Shown: positions 26,098 to 37,349, counted from the stretch's first letter. The stretch is 64,000 nt of DNA from Trueperaceae bacterium (GCA_034521815.1 JAXHLW010000013.1:800001-864000), one strand, 5' to 3'. Notes: generated by a model from the letters alone, not told the origin. Program-made: numbers and translations.

Positions 26098-26837
26098 ACC
26101 TTCCTCCTCCGCAGGCGGGCGCTGGCGGGCCTACCGAGCACCACGCTCCACACCAGCCCGCGCACGACGTCGTCGGGTCCGATCCCGACGAGTCCGAGCG
26201 CGTCGGGCAGTGTAGCGGACCCGGACCTGCCCGTGCGTTGGCCGACGTCGCTTCGCGGAGGGCGTTTCATGACGCGGGCCGCCGGCGTGCCTTCACGTCC
26301 CAAGAACCCTGCCGGCGGAGCTTTCGCAGGCGAAGCGACATGGGGCGTTCCCTCGCGTCCCAGGAACCCGGGCGTGGGCGCAGGACCACCGGTTCGACCG
26401 GTCGCCGCTTGGCCCGCGCCGGTCTGACCCGCGCCGGTCTGACCCGCACGGGGCTGACCGGCACGGGGCTGACCCGTCCCCGTCCGACCAGCACCTTGCT
26501 GGCTGGTGGTGCCTTGCTGGCTGGTGGTGCCCTGCTGGCTGGTGGTGCCCTGCTGGCTGGTGCCCTGCTGACCTGTGCCGCTGGCCTGTTGGACACGGCG
26601 GCGAGCTTCCTCGAGACGCCCGGCCAGATCGTCCGCCTGCCGGGGCGACGAAGCGGTGGAGGAGCTGGATGCCGAGGTGGACGCCGAGGTGGACGCCGAG
26701 GTGTCGGTCGCCTCCGGCGAGCCGGTTTTCGTGGGCGGCGTTCCGCGACCCCGCTTGGACGATCGTCGGCCCCGGAGGACGGCGTTCACCACGAACGCCG
26801 CCACGAGAAGGAGGGGCAGCAGATCGTCGAGGCTCAC
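26076..26837 (-). CDS. YqfB-like membrane-anchored low-complexity protein
   Basis: N-terminal TM helix, Q/G/T repeats, C-terminal [11 protein letters not shown] resembling the YqfB terminus; directly downstream of floA. Confidence 0.65.
   Translation of the reverse strand: MSLDDLLPLLLVAAFVVNAVLRGRRSSKRGRGTPPTKTGSPEATDTSASTSASTSASSSSTASSPRQADDLAGRLEEARRRVQQASGTGQQGTSQQGTTSQQGTTSQQGTTSQQGAGRTGTGQPRAGQPRAGQTGAGQTGAGQAATGRTGGPAPTPGFLGREGTPHVASPAKAPPAGFLGREGTPAARVMKRPPRSDVGQRTGRSGSATLPDALGLVGIGPDDVVRGLVWSVVLGRPASARLRRRKVSPRRSR
26415..26570 (-). repeat. Coding tandem repeats: 18-nt (QQGTTS) and 15-nt (GQTGA/GQPRA) units
   Basis: CTGCTGGCTGGTGGTGCC-like unit about 4 times; GCGCCGGTCTGACCC-like unit about 4 times. 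Confidence 0.85.
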
Positions 26838-27826
26838 TGAATCTCTTCGTCCTCGGCGGCGCCGCGGCTGGCGTTCGCGATGCCCTGGCGCATATCGGTG
26901 TCCGACTCGACGTTGCGGAGCTGGTAGTAGTCCATGACGCCCATGTGTCCCTTGCGGAACGCTTCGGCCATCGCCAGGGGCACCTCGGCCTCGGCCTCGA
27001 CGACCTTGGCGCGCATCTCTTCGACCCGGGCACGGTTCTCCTGCTCGGCGGCGACCGCCATCGCGCGCCGCTCCTCGGCTTTCGCTTGCGCGACACGCTT
27101 GTCGGCCTCGGCCTGATCGGTCTGGAGCTGCGCGCCGATGTTGCGTCCGACGTTCACGTCGGCGATGTCGATCGACAGGATCTCGAACGCGGTGCCCGAG
27201 TCGAGCCCCTTCTGAAGAACGGTCTTGCTGATGCTGTCGGGGTTCTCGAGCACGCGCTTGTGCGAGTCGCTGGAGCCGATGGAGGACACGATGCCCTCGC
27301 CGACGCGCGCGATGATGGTCTCCTCGCCGGCACCGCCCACGAGCCGCTCGAGGTTGGCACGGACCGTGACGCGCGCGGTGCTGATGAGCTCGATGCCGTC
27401 CTTCGCCACGGCGCTGACGTTCGGCGTCTGGATCACGCGTGGGTTGACGGACACCTTGACGGCGTCCAGGACGTCACGGCCAGCGAGATCGATGGCGGCC
27501 GCCCGGTCGAACGGCAGCGCGATGCGGGCCTTGTCGGCGGCGATCAGCGCGTCGACGACGCGGTCCACGTTGCCGCCCGCCAGGAAGTGGGCTTCGAGCT
27601 GATTCTGTTCGACGTCCAACCCTGCCTTCTCGGCCTTGATGAGCGGATTGATGATGCGGGCGGGCGGAACGCGCCGCAGCCGCATGGCCACCAGGCTGAT
27701 CAGGCTGACCCGCACACCTGCCGAGATCGCCGCGATCCACAGCCCCACCGGAATGAACGTGAACAGAATCAGGAAGAACAGGACGACGACGCCAGCGATG
27801 ATCAGGAAGGACAGATCGATACTCAT
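26834..27826 (-). CDS. floA: Flotillin-like protein FloA (YqfA)
   Basis: [64 protein letters not shown]. Confidence 0.95.
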   Translation of the reverse strand: MSIDLSFLIIAGVVVLFFLILFTFIPVGLWIAAISAGVRVSLISLVAMRLRRVPPARIINPLIKAEKAGLDVEQNQLEAHFLAGGNVDRVVDALIAADKARIALPFDRAAAIDLAGRDVLDAVKVSVNPRVIQTPNVSAVAKDGIELISTARVTVRANLERLVGGAGEETIIARVGEGIVSSIGSSDSHKRVLENPDSISKTVLQKGLDSGTAFEILSIDIADVNVGRNIGAQLQTDQAEADKRVAQAKAEERRAMAVAAEQENRARVEEMRAKVVEAEAEVPLAMAEAFRKGHMGVMDYYQLRNVESDTDMRQGIANASRGAAEDEEIQ

Positions 27827-27845
27827 GGAACCTCCAGGGGTGGGG

Positions 27846-29285
27846 TCAGCCGTCCTCGGACGGCGACGGGTCGTGCATGATGGTGGACTCGTCCTCGCGG
27901 GGGCGGACGACGACGCGGTTGCCTTCGACGCGCAGCACGTCCAAGCGGCTGCCGGCAGCGACGTAGTCGCCGTCGCTGACGACGTCCACCCGCTCGCTTC
28001 CGAAGCGTGCCACGCCGGCGGGTCTGAGGTCGGACATGGCGATGCCCGTCTTTCCGATCAGCTCGGAGCGATCGCCGACGAGCTTGGCACGCGCAGGGTC
28101 CACCGCGCCTCGAGCCTCGACGCTTCCACCACCGCCAGAACCCGCCCCGATCGATGAAGGTCCGAGACCGCCCCCGATGCGTTCGGAGAGCGTGAGCTGC
28201 TTCCCCAAGCCGGTGTTGGGCAGGAGCCACAGCAGCAGGCCGAGCACCACGCCGCCGCCGATGGCGGTGGTCGCGAGTACCGTGACGGCGTCGTCCTGGA
28301 AGATCCGGATCACGGCCGCCACGATGGCGGCGAGGCCCAGGACGCCCGCCACCCCGAAGCCCGGGATCACGAACGCCTCGACCGCGAGCAGGAGCACGCC
28401 CCCGAGGATCAGGAGCACGTCCACGATGCCGGCAGGGGTCGCGACGAAGGCGCTGGTCGCGAACAGGGCGAGCGCGACCACGCCGATGGCGCCAGGAATC
28501 CCGAAGCCCGGGCTGAAGAACTCGATCACCAGGCCGCCCAGGCCCAGGATGAGCAGGATCCCGGCGATGATCGGACCGGAGAGCCACGTGCCGATCCGCT
28601 CGGTCAGGTTGCGCTCGAGCGTGACGGTAGCGACGCCGCCGTAGCCGAACGTCCGAAGCGCATCGGACAGATCGGCTGCGACGAAATCGGCGATGTTCTG
28701 CTCGACGGCCTCGTCCGCGCTGAGCGTGACCAGCTCGCCCCGGGCCGACAGGCCGGGAATCTCGCGTGCCGGATCGACCATCGCCTCGGCCACCGCCGGA
28801 TCCCGTCCGCGCGCCTCGGCGACGCTGCGGAACTGCCCCCGCACGGCGGAGGTGAACTTCTCGTCGACCGGATTGGCGCCCCCCACGCCGATGGTGATCG
28901 GCAGCGCGGCACCGATCGAGGCGCCGGGAAGCATGGCGAGCTGCTCGGCGGCCATCGCGATCAGCGCGCCGGCGCTGAAGGCGTTCTCGACCACGGCCAG
29001 GACCGGCACGCGCGCATCGTTCATCACCGCGTCCACGATCCGCTGCATCGAGTCCACGCGCCCGCCGGGCGTGTCGATCCGAAGGAGCACCGCCAGCGGC
29101 CGCACCTCGTTGGCACGCTCGATCCGCGAGGCGACGAACTGCGCCGTCGCCGGCGTGATCTCGGTATCGACCGGAAGGATCCATACCGCGTCGGCGTCCT
29201 GCGCGAGCCCCTGGACGAGGGCGACGAGCAGGACGACGATGGCTGCGGATCGGAGCGCCAGGCTCCGCGAGAACGCGTTGGTCAC
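27846..29285 (-). CDS. nfeD: NfeD family membrane protease (YqeZ-like)
   Basis: IDTPGG, SAGALI, GASIGAA, AEAMVD, TM helices with PGFG, C-terminal LRPAG OB-fold. Confidence 0.92.
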   Translation of the reverse strand: MTNAFSRSLALRSAAIVVLLVALVQGLAQDADAVWILPVDTEITPATAQFVASRIERANEVRPLAVLLRIDTPGGRVDSMQRIVDAVMNDARVPVLAVVENAFSAGALIAMAAEQLAMLPGASIGAALPITIGVGGANPVDEKFTSAVRGQFRSVAEARGRDPAVAEAMVDPAREIPGLSARGELVTLSADEAVEQNIADFVAADLSDALRTFGYGGVATVTLERNLTERIGTWLSGPIIAGILLILGLGGLVIEFFSPGFGIPGAIGVVALALFATSAFVATPAGIVDVLLILGGVLLLAVEAFVIPGFGVAGVLGLAAIVAAVIRIFQDDAVTVLATTAIGGGVVLGLLLWLLPNTGLGKQLTLSERIGGGLGPSSIGAGSGGGGSVEARGAVDPARAKLVGDRSELIGKTGIAMSDLRPAGVARFGSERVDVVSDGDYVAAGSRLDVLRVEGNRVVVRPREDESTIMHDPSPSEDG

Positions 29286-29524
29286 GCGCCGATGCTAGCA
29301 CGGAGCGCCAGGGTCGCTAGGAGTCGGCGGCACGGTTACGAGGCACGGTTGCGAGGAGGGGCTCGGTCGGCCGCTCGCGAGACGTCGGAGCGTGAGCGGT
29401 GTGACGCCTCCGCTCCGCCCCGCCTCCGGCGTGGCTAGGCTGAGCGCCCGCCTTGGTCGCACCCGTGCCGCGGTCGCACGCGTACGTAAGGACAATTGCG
29501 AAGGACATTGCGAAGGACAAACGG

Positions 29525-30388
29525 ATGATGCAGCTCGTGAAACAGACGTTCGGCGAGTGGCAGAGCGACAACGTCGGCGTGCTCGCGTCATCGCTCGCGT
29601 ACTACGCGATCTTTTCGCTGGCCCCGATGCTGATCATCGTCATCGCCGTGCTGACCTTCTTCGGCAGGGGCGACGCGCAAGTAGCGATCCTGGAGCAGGT
29701 TCGGGGCGTGGCGGGTCAGGACGCGGCGCAGCTGGTTCGTACCATGATCGAAAACCGCCGAGCCACCGGCGGCAACGTCCTGGCGACCGTCGTCGGCCTG
29801 GGACTCGTGCTGGTCGGTGCGACCGGTGTCGTGTCGCAGCTCCAGAACGCCCTCAACGTCATATGGAACGTGAAGCTGGATCCGGACCGGTCCGGCCTGC
29901 GCCACATGCTCCGGGTGCGGGCGGTGTCGCTGCTGCTGATCCTCGGCGTGGGCCTGCTGCTGTTCGCGGCGCTGGTCGGCATCGCCATCCTGCGCTCCGT
30001 GACGGCGGTGGCGCGAGAACAGGTGCCCCGGATCGGCCTTCTGTGGACGGTGCTCGACCCGTTGATCGTGATCATCGTGTCCGGTCTCGTGTTCGCCTTG
30101 GTGTTCAAGTTCCTGCCCGACGTGCGCATCCCGTGGCGGACGGTCGCGGTCGGTGGCTTGGTCACGTCCGTCCTGTTCGTGATCGGGAACTGGCTGTTGA
30201 GCCTGTACCTGTCACGGGGCGCCGTGGCTGGCGCGTACGGGGCGGCGGGCACCCTGGTCGTGATCCTGCTGTGGGTGTTCGTATCGTCGCAGATCGTGTT
30301 GATCGGCGCGGAGTTCACCAAGGTCTTCGCGCGACGCAACGGCGACAGGGTCGTTCCGGACGCGCACGCAGTTCCTCGTCATCCCTGA
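29525..30388 (+). CDS. YihY/BrkB family membrane protein
   Basis: ASSLAYYAIFSLAP, LQNALNVIW, FKFLPD, YGAAG...LLWVF...LIGAE. Confidence 0.9.
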   Translation: MMQLVKQTFGEWQSDNVGVLASSLAYYAIFSLAPMLIIVIAVLTFFGRGDAQVAILEQVRGVAGQDAAQLVRTMIENRRATGGNVLATVVGLGLVLVGATGVVSQLQNALNVIWNVKLDPDRSGLRHMLRVRAVSLLLILGVGLLLFAALVGIAILRSVTAVAREQVPRIGLLWTVLDPLIVIIVSGLVFALVFKFLPDVRIPWRTVAVGGLVTSVLFVIGNWLLSLYLSRGAVAGAYGAAGTLVVILLWVFVSSQIVLIGAEFTKVFARRNGDRVVPDAHAVPRHP

Positions 30389-30493
30389 GACGCGGCTGGC
30401 CCCGGCGGGACGGGCGCAAGCGCTATGGACACACGTGCATGGGAAGCGGCACGCGAACGGCCCCGTCGAGGGGCCGGATTCGCGTATCCATCG

Positions 30494-30569
<76 letters not shown>

Positions 30570-30696
30570 AAGGGCGGAGCGGATCATACCAGACCGCCGC
30601 CGGACGTGCCAAGGCGCGGGGTGCGTCGTCCGCCAGCGAGTCCGACCGAACAGGTCTGGTATCGTCGACGTCGACGCTACGGCGGAAGGAGACACC

Positions 30697-31125
30697 ATGG
30701 ACGCGACGCAGACGAACCGTGCAGATCGCACCGGCGCAGATCCGACGAACGAGGTCCAGATGACCGTCACCGACTCGGCAGCGGCCAAGGCGGTCGCGCT
30801 TCTGAAGGAGAAGGACGACCAGGCAGCGATCCGGGTGTTCGTGAAATCCGGTGGCTGCAGCGGCTACATGTACGGCATGGCCGTCGACGACCGGCGCCTC
30901 GAAGGCGACCGCGAGTTCGAGCACAAGGGCGTCCGGCTGGTCGTGGACAAGATGAGCTGGCCGCTCCTTGCCGGCAGCGAGGTCGACTACGTCGAGAACA
31001 TGATGGGTGGCGGGTTCTCGGTGCACAACCCGAACGCCAGCAGCAGCTGCGGCTGCGGGAGCAGCTTCCGGACCGACGGAAGCGACGCGCCCGACAGCGA
31101 GGGAAGCGTCGGCTGCTCGACCTGA
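30697..31125 (+). CDS. A-type Fe-S carrier (IscA/SufA/ErpA family)
   Basis: [28 protein letters not shown]. Confidence 0.93.
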   Translation: MDATQTNRADRTGADPTNEVQMTVTDSAAAKAVALLKEKDDQAAIRVFVKSGGCSGYMYGMAVDDRRLEGDREFEHKGVRLVVDKMSWPLLAGSEVDYVENMMGGGFSVHNPNASSSCGCGSSFRTDGSDAPDSEGSVGCST

Positions 31126-31174
31126 GCGCCGTCGGCGCGGCGGTAGGGAAGGGCCGAGAGCTGCACGACCGAAC

Positions 31175-31210
31175 GAGCGCGCCCGGATGCGACGGCATCC
31201 GGGCGCGCTC
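31175..31210. terminator. Hairpin between convergent iscA-like gene and gcvPB
   Basis: GAGCGCGCCCGGATGC-gacg-GCATCCGGGCGCGCTC, a 16-bp perfect stem. Confidence 0.75.
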
Positions 31211-31291
31211 TTCGTAGGTCGGAACGTCAGGAGGGGAGGGCCGACGCATCGGTCGGTCGCCGCGCGACGCGTCCGGTCGGGTCGACGCCGC

Positions 31292-32761
31292 TCAGTCGGC
31301 GGCGTCGCTCGCGGGCTCGTCTCGCGGCGTCCAGCGCAGGATCGGGTGACGGGCCGCCGTCAGCTCGTCCAGGCGGCGCACCGGCGTGGTGCGGGGCGCC
31401 TCGGCCAGCCAGGCAGGGTCGTCCTGCGCCCTCCGCAGAATCGCGCCGAGGGTCTCGGCGTAGGCGTCGAGCGACTCGAGCGACTCGGTCTCGGTCGGCT
31501 CGACCATCATCGCCTCCTTGACGTTCAGCGGGAAGTACACCGTCATCGGGTGCATCCCTTCGTCCAGGAGCGCCTTCGCGATGTCGAGCGTGCGGATGCC
31601 CGCGGGCGGCTGCGCGACGAACTCGTGCATGCAGGTGCGGTCGTACGCGCTCGCGAAGCCTTGCTGCGCCAAGCGTACGCGCAGGTAGTTCGCGTTGAGC
31701 ACCGCCATCTCGGCGACGTCCGCGAGGCCCGCCGCACCCAGCGAGCGCAGGTAGGCGTACGCCCGCACCAGGTTGCCCACGTTGCCGAAGTAGCTCCGCA
31801 TCCTGCCGATCGACTCGGGACGGTCGTCGTCGATGGTGAAGCGATCTCCGTCGCGACCGATCACCGGGCGCGGCAGGTACGGCGCGAGGTGCGCCTTCAC
31901 GCCGACCGGGCCGGTCCCCGGCCCCCCGCCGCCGTGGGGCGTGGTGAACGTCTTGTGCAGGTTGAGATGCACGACGTCGAACCCCATGTCGCCCGGCCGG
32001 GCCTTGCCGACGATGGCGTTGAGGTTCGCCCCGTCGTAGTACAGCTGCGCGCCGACAGCGTGCGCCGCGTCGGCGATCTCGCGGATCCGCGACTCGAAGA
32101 TCCCGATCGTGCTGGGGTTCGTGAGCATCACCGCGGCCGTGTCGGGGCCCAGCTTCGCTTTCAGCGCCTCCACGTCCACCTCGCCGTCGGCGGCCGTGGG
32201 AACCTCGACCACGCGGTAGCCGACCATGCCGGCGGTCGCGGGATTCGTTCCGTGCGCCGCGTCGGGCACGATCACCACGCGGCGCTGCTCGTTCTCCCCG
32301 CGGGCCACGTGGTAGGCGCGGATCATCAGGATTCCGGTCAGCTCGCCGTGCGCGCCCGCCGCGGGCTGAAGGCTCACGTCGTCCATGCCGGTCACGGTCG
32401 CGAGGCCGCCCTGCAGGCGCCACAGGAGCTCCAGCACGCCCTGCGCGCCTTCGGGGTCCTGCGATGGATGCAGGTCGGTGAACAGCGCCGCCGCGTCCTC
32501 GTGCACCTTCGGGTTGTACTTCATGGTGCAGCTTCCCAGCGGGTAGACGTTGCCGTCGATCGAGAACTGGCGGTGGGCCAGCTGGGTGAAGTGACGGACC
32601 AGGTCCAGCTCGGACACTTCGGGCAGACGCGGAGGCTCGGACCGCAACGACGCCTCGCCCAGCAGCTCCGCCATCTCGGGGCCGTCGACGACCGGGGGCC
32701 TGACGCCGCGCCGGCCGGGACGGGATCGTTCGAACAGGAGGGGCGCGTCGTGCTCAGCCAT
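31292..32761 (-). CDS. gcvPB: Glycine dehydrogenase subunit 2
   Basis: YPLGSCTMKYNP, QPAAGAHGE, HGTNPA, YYDGAN, HLNLHKTF..PHGGGGPG, EPTE. Confidence 0.95.
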   Translation of the reverse strand: MAEHDAPLLFERSRPGRRGVRPPVVDGPEMAELLGEASLRSEPPRLPEVSELDLVRHFTQLAHRQFSIDGNVYPLGSCTMKYNPKVHEDAAALFTDLHPSQDPEGAQGVLELLWRLQGGLATVTGMDDVSLQPAAGAHGELTGILMIRAYHVARGENEQRRVVIVPDAAHGTNPATAGMVGYRVVEVPTAADGEVDVEALKAKLGPDTAAVMLTNPSTIGIFESRIREIADAAHAVGAQLYYDGANLNAIVGKARPGDMGFDVVHLNLHKTFTTPHGGGGPGTGPVGVKAHLAPYLPRPVIGRDGDRFTIDDDRPESIGRMRSYFGNVGNLVRAYAYLRSLGAAGLADVAEMAVLNANYLRVRLAQQGFASAYDRTCMHEFVAQPPAGIRTLDIAKALLDEGMHPMTVYFPLNVKEAMMVEPTETESLESLDAYAETLGAILRRAQDDPAWLAEAPRTTPVRRLDELTAARHPILRWTPRDEPASDAAD

Positions 32762-34094
32762 GGGCCACCTCGCCAGCTCGCTCGCCGACGGCGCTCAGGG
32801 CCGCGACCAAGGCGTCGACGTCGGACGGGCGCGTCAGCTCGGTCGCGGTGATCAGCACGGCGTCGCCCAAGCCGTACTCGGCCGGAATCGGCAGACCTGC
32901 CCGGACGCCCTCACGCTGCAGGTCGCGTCTGAGCGCACGCGCATCGCGCGAGATCCGGAGCGGGAACTCCGCGAAGAACGGACCGGAGCGGACGACGGCG
33001 TACCCTTCGCGCTCCAAGCGGTCGGCCAGCGCGTGGGCGTTGCGGACCGTGCCCTCCGCCATCTCGCGCAGCCCGTGCGGACCGAGCGCCGCGACGTTCA
33101 CGGTCGCCATGAGCGCGGCGAGCTGGTGGTTCGAGCAGATGTTCGACTTCGCCTTGCCGCGACGAATGTGCTGCTCGCGCGCCTGCAACGTCAGCACGAA
33201 GCCGCGGCGGCCGTCCACGTCCCGCGTCTCGCCCACGAGCCGTCCCGGAAGCTGACGAACGAGCGCCTCGCTGACGACCATGAACCCGAAGTGCGGGCCG
33301 CCGTACTGCAGCGGCACGCCCAGCGGCTGGCCCTCGCCGACGGCGATGTCGGCGCCCACCTCGCCGGGGGTGCGCAGGATCGCCAGCGAGAGGGGGTCGA
33401 CGACCGACACGAACAGCGCTCCGGCATCGTGCGCCGCGTCGGCCAGGGCGTCCATCGTCTCGAGTCGGCCGAGGTGGTTCGGGTTCTGGACGATCAACGC
33501 GGCCGCGTCGCCCAGCTCGCTCGGAACCGGCGTGGCCAGATCGTCCAAGTCCACCACGTGAATCTCGGCGTCGAGCGCGTGAAGGTAGGTCTCGAGCACG
33601 TCGCGCGACTCGGGATGCACGCCGCGCGACACGAAGATCTTGTCGCGCCGGGTGGCCCGAATCGCCAGGAGCGCCGCCTCGGCGACAGCGCTGGCGCCGT
33701 CGTACATGCTGGCGTTGGACACCGGCAGGCCGGTCAGCTCGCTCATGATCGTCTGGTATTCGAAGGTGGCTTGCAGGACGCCTTGCGACACCTCCGGCTG
33801 GTAGGGCGTGTACGCGGTGACGAACTCGGACTGCATCGCGAGGTGGCGCGTGACGGCCGGCAGGAAGTGTCGGCGGACCCCCCCGCCCAGGAACGAGGGG
33901 CTACGGGCGTCGTCGCGCGACGCGAGCTCCTGGAGGTGATCCATGAGGGTCACCTCGTCCATCGCCTCGGGCAGGTCGAGCTCGGGATCCAGCAGCTCGG
34001 CCGGGACGTCGGCGAACAGCTCGCCGACCGACGCCACGCCGATCGCGTCGAGCGCGCGGCGAACGTCCTCCTCGGTGTGGGGGGCGTAGCGCAC
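32754..34094 (-). CDS. gcvPA: Glycine dehydrogenase subunit 1
   Basis: TAYTPYQPEVSQG, NASMYDGA, GGPHFG, LQAREQHIRRGKAKSNICSN. Confidence 0.95.
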   Translation of the reverse strand: MRYAPHTEEDVRRALDAIGVASVGELFADVPAELLDPELDLPEAMDEVTLMDHLQELASRDDARSPSFLGGGVRRHFLPAVTRHLAMQSEFVTAYTPYQPEVSQGVLQATFEYQTIMSELTGLPVSNASMYDGASAVAEAALLAIRATRRDKIFVSRGVHPESRDVLETYLHALDAEIHVVDLDDLATPVPSELGDAAALIVQNPNHLGRLETMDALADAAHDAGALFVSVVDPLSLAILRTPGEVGADIAVGEGQPLGVPLQYGGPHFGFMVVSEALVRQLPGRLVGETRDVDGRRGFVLTLQAREQHIRRGKAKSNICSNHQLAALMATVNVAALGPHGLREMAEGTVRNAHALADRLEREGYAVVRSGPFFAEFPLRISRDARALRRDLQREGVRAGLPIPAEYGLGDAVLITATELTRPSDVDALVAALSAVGERAGEVAHG

Positions 34095-34483
34095 TACGCC
34101 TCCTCTTCGCACACGGACCGGTACGCGTCCGCGTCCAGGAGGTCCTCTCGGGCGGCGGGATCGTCGGCCTGAAGGCGGAACAGCCAGCCGCCTTCGTACG
34201 GCGATTCGTTGATCCGCTCCGGGGCGTTCTGAAGCGCCTCGTTCACCGCGACGACGGTTCCCTTCAGGGGCGCGTAGATGTCGCTGGCCGTCTTGACGCT
34301 CTCGACCACAGCGACCGCGTCGCCCGCCGCGACCTCGTCACCGACCGAGGGCAGCTCGACGAACACGACGTCCCCGAGCTGATCCTGAGCGAACGCGCTG
34401 ATGCCGACCGTGACGACGCCGTCCTCGGGGCTCGAGACCCACTCGTGGCTGCGTGCGTACCGGAGCGTTTCGGGAATGTCCAT
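34094..34483 (-). CDS. gcvH: Glycine cleavage system H protein
   Basis: [31 protein letters not shown] (lipoyl Lys), PYEGGWL. Confidence 0.95.
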   Translation of the reverse strand: MDIPETLRYARSHEWVSSPEDGVVTVGISAFAQDQLGDVVFVELPSVGDEVAAGDAVAVVESVKTASDIYAPLKGTVVAVNEALQNAPERINESPYEGGWLFRLQADDPAAREDLLDADAYRSVCEEEA

Positions 34484-34521
34484 ACCGTCCTCCTCGTGAG
34501 GTCGCGTCGCGACCGATGCCG

Positions 34522-35609
34522 TCAGGATACCCGCGCGTCGGGACGGAAGAACGGAAGGTCCACGACCGTCGCGGACACGCGCTGCGCCCGGATCTCGACC
34601 GCGACCTCCGTGCCGATCTCCACCAGGTCGGCGTCCAGCCACGCGAAGGCGATGCTGTCGCGGGTGAGGGGAGAGATCGTCCCGCTGGTCACCTCGCCGC
34701 GCTTCCGTCGCCGCCGGGCTCGCGCAGAATCCTGTAGCCCTGACGGGCGATCCCGCGGCCCAACAGCCGCAGCCCGACCAGCCTGCGCAGGCAGGCCGGC
34801 TCGTCGCTCCAGCCCTCCTGGCCAGCGAACGGCTTGTTCTTGACGACCCAGTGGAACGGCGTGCAGCGTGGATCGGTCTCACCGGTGAGCTCGTGCCCGA
34901 ACAGCGGGAAACCGGCCTCGAGGCGCAGCGTGTCGCGGGAGCCCAGCCCGCACGGTCGCGCGCCGGCGTCGGTCAGCGCCGTCCATACCGCGACGGCGTC
35001 TTCGGGACGGGCGAACACCTCGAAGCCGTCCTCGCCGGTATAGCCGGTGCGTGCCAGCCGCACCGGCGCCCGCCCCAGCAGCGCCGTGAGCGTGTCGTTC
35101 TTGCGAACCGAGGTGAGGTCGACGTCCACCAGCCTGTCCAGCAGAAGCGCCGCGCCCGGGCCCTGCAGCGCCAGGAGCGCCCAGCGGTCGCTGACGTCCC
35201 GGACCTCGACGTCGCCTCGCCCGGCCGCCAGCGACGTCAGCCGCTCTCCGACGACGTCGCGGTTGGAGGCGTTCGCGACGATCAGCCACGCGCCTTCCTC
35301 CAAGTGATAGAGGTAGGCGTCGTCCACCAGCCCACCACGGTCGTTCGGAATCATCGTGTAGTGCGCACGTCCCACCTTGAGCTTCTTCGCGTCGTTCAGC
35401 AACGCGAACCGCAGGAAGGAAAGCGCACCCTCGCCCGAGACGCGGAACTCGGCCATGTGGCTGACGTCGAAAAGCCCTGCGCGCTCGCGCACGGCGAGAT
35501 GCTCCTCGGCGATTCCCCCTGGATACTGGAGCGGCATGCGCGTGCCCGCGAAGTCCGTCATGCGGGCTCCGAGCGCCTCGTGCGTCGCGGTCAACGGCGT
35601 GGTGTCCAT
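34522..35609 (-). CDS. gcvT: Aminomethyltransferase GcvT, frameshifted near 34700
   Basis: [32 protein letters not shown]. The main ORF stops at 34689, but the conserved [10 protein letters not shown]...VEIR...PF C-terminus continues in another frame to 34522. Confidence 0.9.
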
Positions 35610-35695
35610 GCGGTCACGCTACCACCGAGCGTCGCGGCTCCGGGAGGTCGGGTCGGCCCGGCCTCAGCGCGACGAAACGAGCGCGAGGCGAAGCG

Positions 35696-36286
35696 TCAGG
35701 CCTTCTGCGCCAGCTTCTCCAGCACCATTCGAGACACGCCCCTCAGCGGCTCGAACACCCCTTCGAACCGTGCCGCCACGGCGTCGAACGCCGGCACCTC
35801 GCCGCTGGGGTCGAGCACCTTGCGGATCATGTCGCTAGGCAACGCATCGTCGAGGTCGCGCTTGTTGATCTGCAGCACGTAGGGAATCTCCGAGAGGCGC
35901 AAGTCGTACTCGAGCAGGTTCTCGCGAAGGTTGCGGAGGCTCTCGGCGTTGGCGCGAAGCCGGTTCGGCGCGCTGTCGGCCACGAACACGATGCCGTCGA
36001 CGCCACGAAGGATCAGCTTGCGAGACGAGTTGTAGAACACCTGACCGGGCACGGTGTACAGATGGAAGCGCGTCTTGAACCCGTTCACGGTGCCCAGATC
36101 GAGCGGCAGGAAGTCGAAGAACAGCGTCCGCTCGTCCTCCGTCGCGAGACTGACCATCTCGCCTTTCGAGTCGCCCGGCACGCGCTCGTAGATCATCTTC
36201 AGGTTCGTCGTCTTGCCCGACAGGCCGGGGCCGTAGTAGACGATCTTGAAGTTGATCTCGCGGGCGGCGAAGTTGATCGTGCTCAT
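35696..36286 (-). CDS. mglA: Small Ras-like GTPase MglA
   Basis: [47 protein letters not shown]. Confidence 0.95.
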   Translation of the reverse strand: MSTINFAAREINFKIVYYGPGLSGKTTNLKMIYERVPGDSKGEMVSLATEDERTLFFDFLPLDLGTVNGFKTRFHLYTVPGQVFYNSSRKLILRGVDGIVFVADSAPNRLRANAESLRNLRENLLEYDLRLSEIPYVLQINKRDLDDALPSDMIRKVLDPSGEVPAFDAVAARFEGVFEPLRGVSRMVLEKLAQKA

Positions 36287-36786
36287 GCGTCCCTCGGTCC
36301 GAACAGGCCGTCGAGAAGCTTCTCGGTCGATTCGGTCCAGCTCTCGTCGAGATCGAGGGACGGTGCCTCGATGTCGCGCAGGCTGGCCAGCTCGTCCCGA
36401 ATCTCCTTCGCAGCGCGCTGCGCGTGCACCTTGATCCGACCGACCGTCGCGCTCCCGTCGAACACCACGACCAGCAGCGCGTCCGGGCCCAGCTCCTCGA
36501 CGTACGTCCCGACGTCGCTGCCCTGCTGAACCACCTCACGGAACCCCTCGTCGCCGAACAGGTTCGCGATCGCCGCGTTGGCCGAATGGTTCGAGGCGAC
36601 CAGCGTCGCCAGCGAATCGAGCGAGGGGGGCTTCGGAGCTCCCAGCGCGCGAGCGTGGAGGATCACGAACCCCTTCCGGTCCACGACCAGGGCGTAGCGA
36701 GCCCGACCGCGTTCGAGCAACTCGCCGAGGCGCTCCCTCACGCGTGCGTGAGCGGCGCCGTACAGGTCGATGGACGGCTCCAGCAT
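36283..36786 (-). CDS. mglB: Roadblock/LC7 GAP MglB
   Basis: [25 protein letters not shown]...GRIK; overlaps the mglA start. Confidence 0.9.
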   Translation of the reverse strand: MLEPSIDLYGAAHARVRERLGELLERGRARYALVVDRKGFVILHARALGAPKPPSLDSLATLVASNHSANAAIANLFGDEGFREVVQQGSDVGTYVEELGPDALLVVVFDGSATVGRIKVHAQRAAKEIRDELASLRDIEAPSLDLDESWTESTEKLLDGLFGPRDA

Positions 36787-36941
36787 GGCCGGAGGATAGC
36801 ACGGGCCGATTCGCCCTCCGTGCGGCCGATTCCACGTCGACACCCCGTCGGACGGCCGCCGGTGCAGCGGCGTGGTGCGCGGCTGGCACGGGGAGGGCCC
36901 GCTTCGAACACCGTGCTAGCCTCGATTCGAGGAGGTGGATG

Positions 36942-37277
36942 ATGGCAGGCAAGTTCGAGGTCAAGAAGGGGGCCGGCGGAAAGGTCGGCTTCGCCCTCAA
37001 AGCCAGGAACGGCCGCATCGTCCTGACGGGTCAGCAGTACGCCGGCAAGGCAGGCGCCGAGAAGGGCGTGCGTTCGGTGCGAGACAACGCCGCGGACGAC
37101 GCCAAGTTCGAGCGCAAGAGTGCGAAAGACGGGCGACCGTACTTCGTGCTCAAGGCCGCCAACGGCCAGGTGATCGGTCAGAGCCAGATGTACTCGTCCA
37201 CGCGCGCCATGGAGAACGGCATCGCTTCGGTTCGCCGGCACGCGGCCGAGGCCGACGTCGACGACCAGCTCGGCTAG
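36942..37277 (+). CDS. yegP: YegP family protein (two DUF1508 repeats)
   Basis: F.LKA.NG..I...Q.Y......E.G..SV motif occurs twice; GGAGG RBS. Confidence 0.88.
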   Translation: MAGKFEVKKGAGGKVGFALKARNGRIVLTGQQYAGKAGAEKGVRSVRDNAADDAKFERKSAKDGRPYFVLKAANGQVIGQSQMYSSTRAMENGIASVRRHAAEADVDDQLG

Positions 37278-37349
37278 GCGCCCCTCCGGTTGCCCGGGTC
37301 GCGGGCGTGCGGTAGACTCCCGTTCGCGCGAGCGGTCTCGCGCCGACGC

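Noticed and set aside
35610..35695. Glycine riboswitch upstream of gcvT
   Set aside because: Only about 85 nt, no aptamer motifs, and a -10 box sits 6 nt before the ATG.
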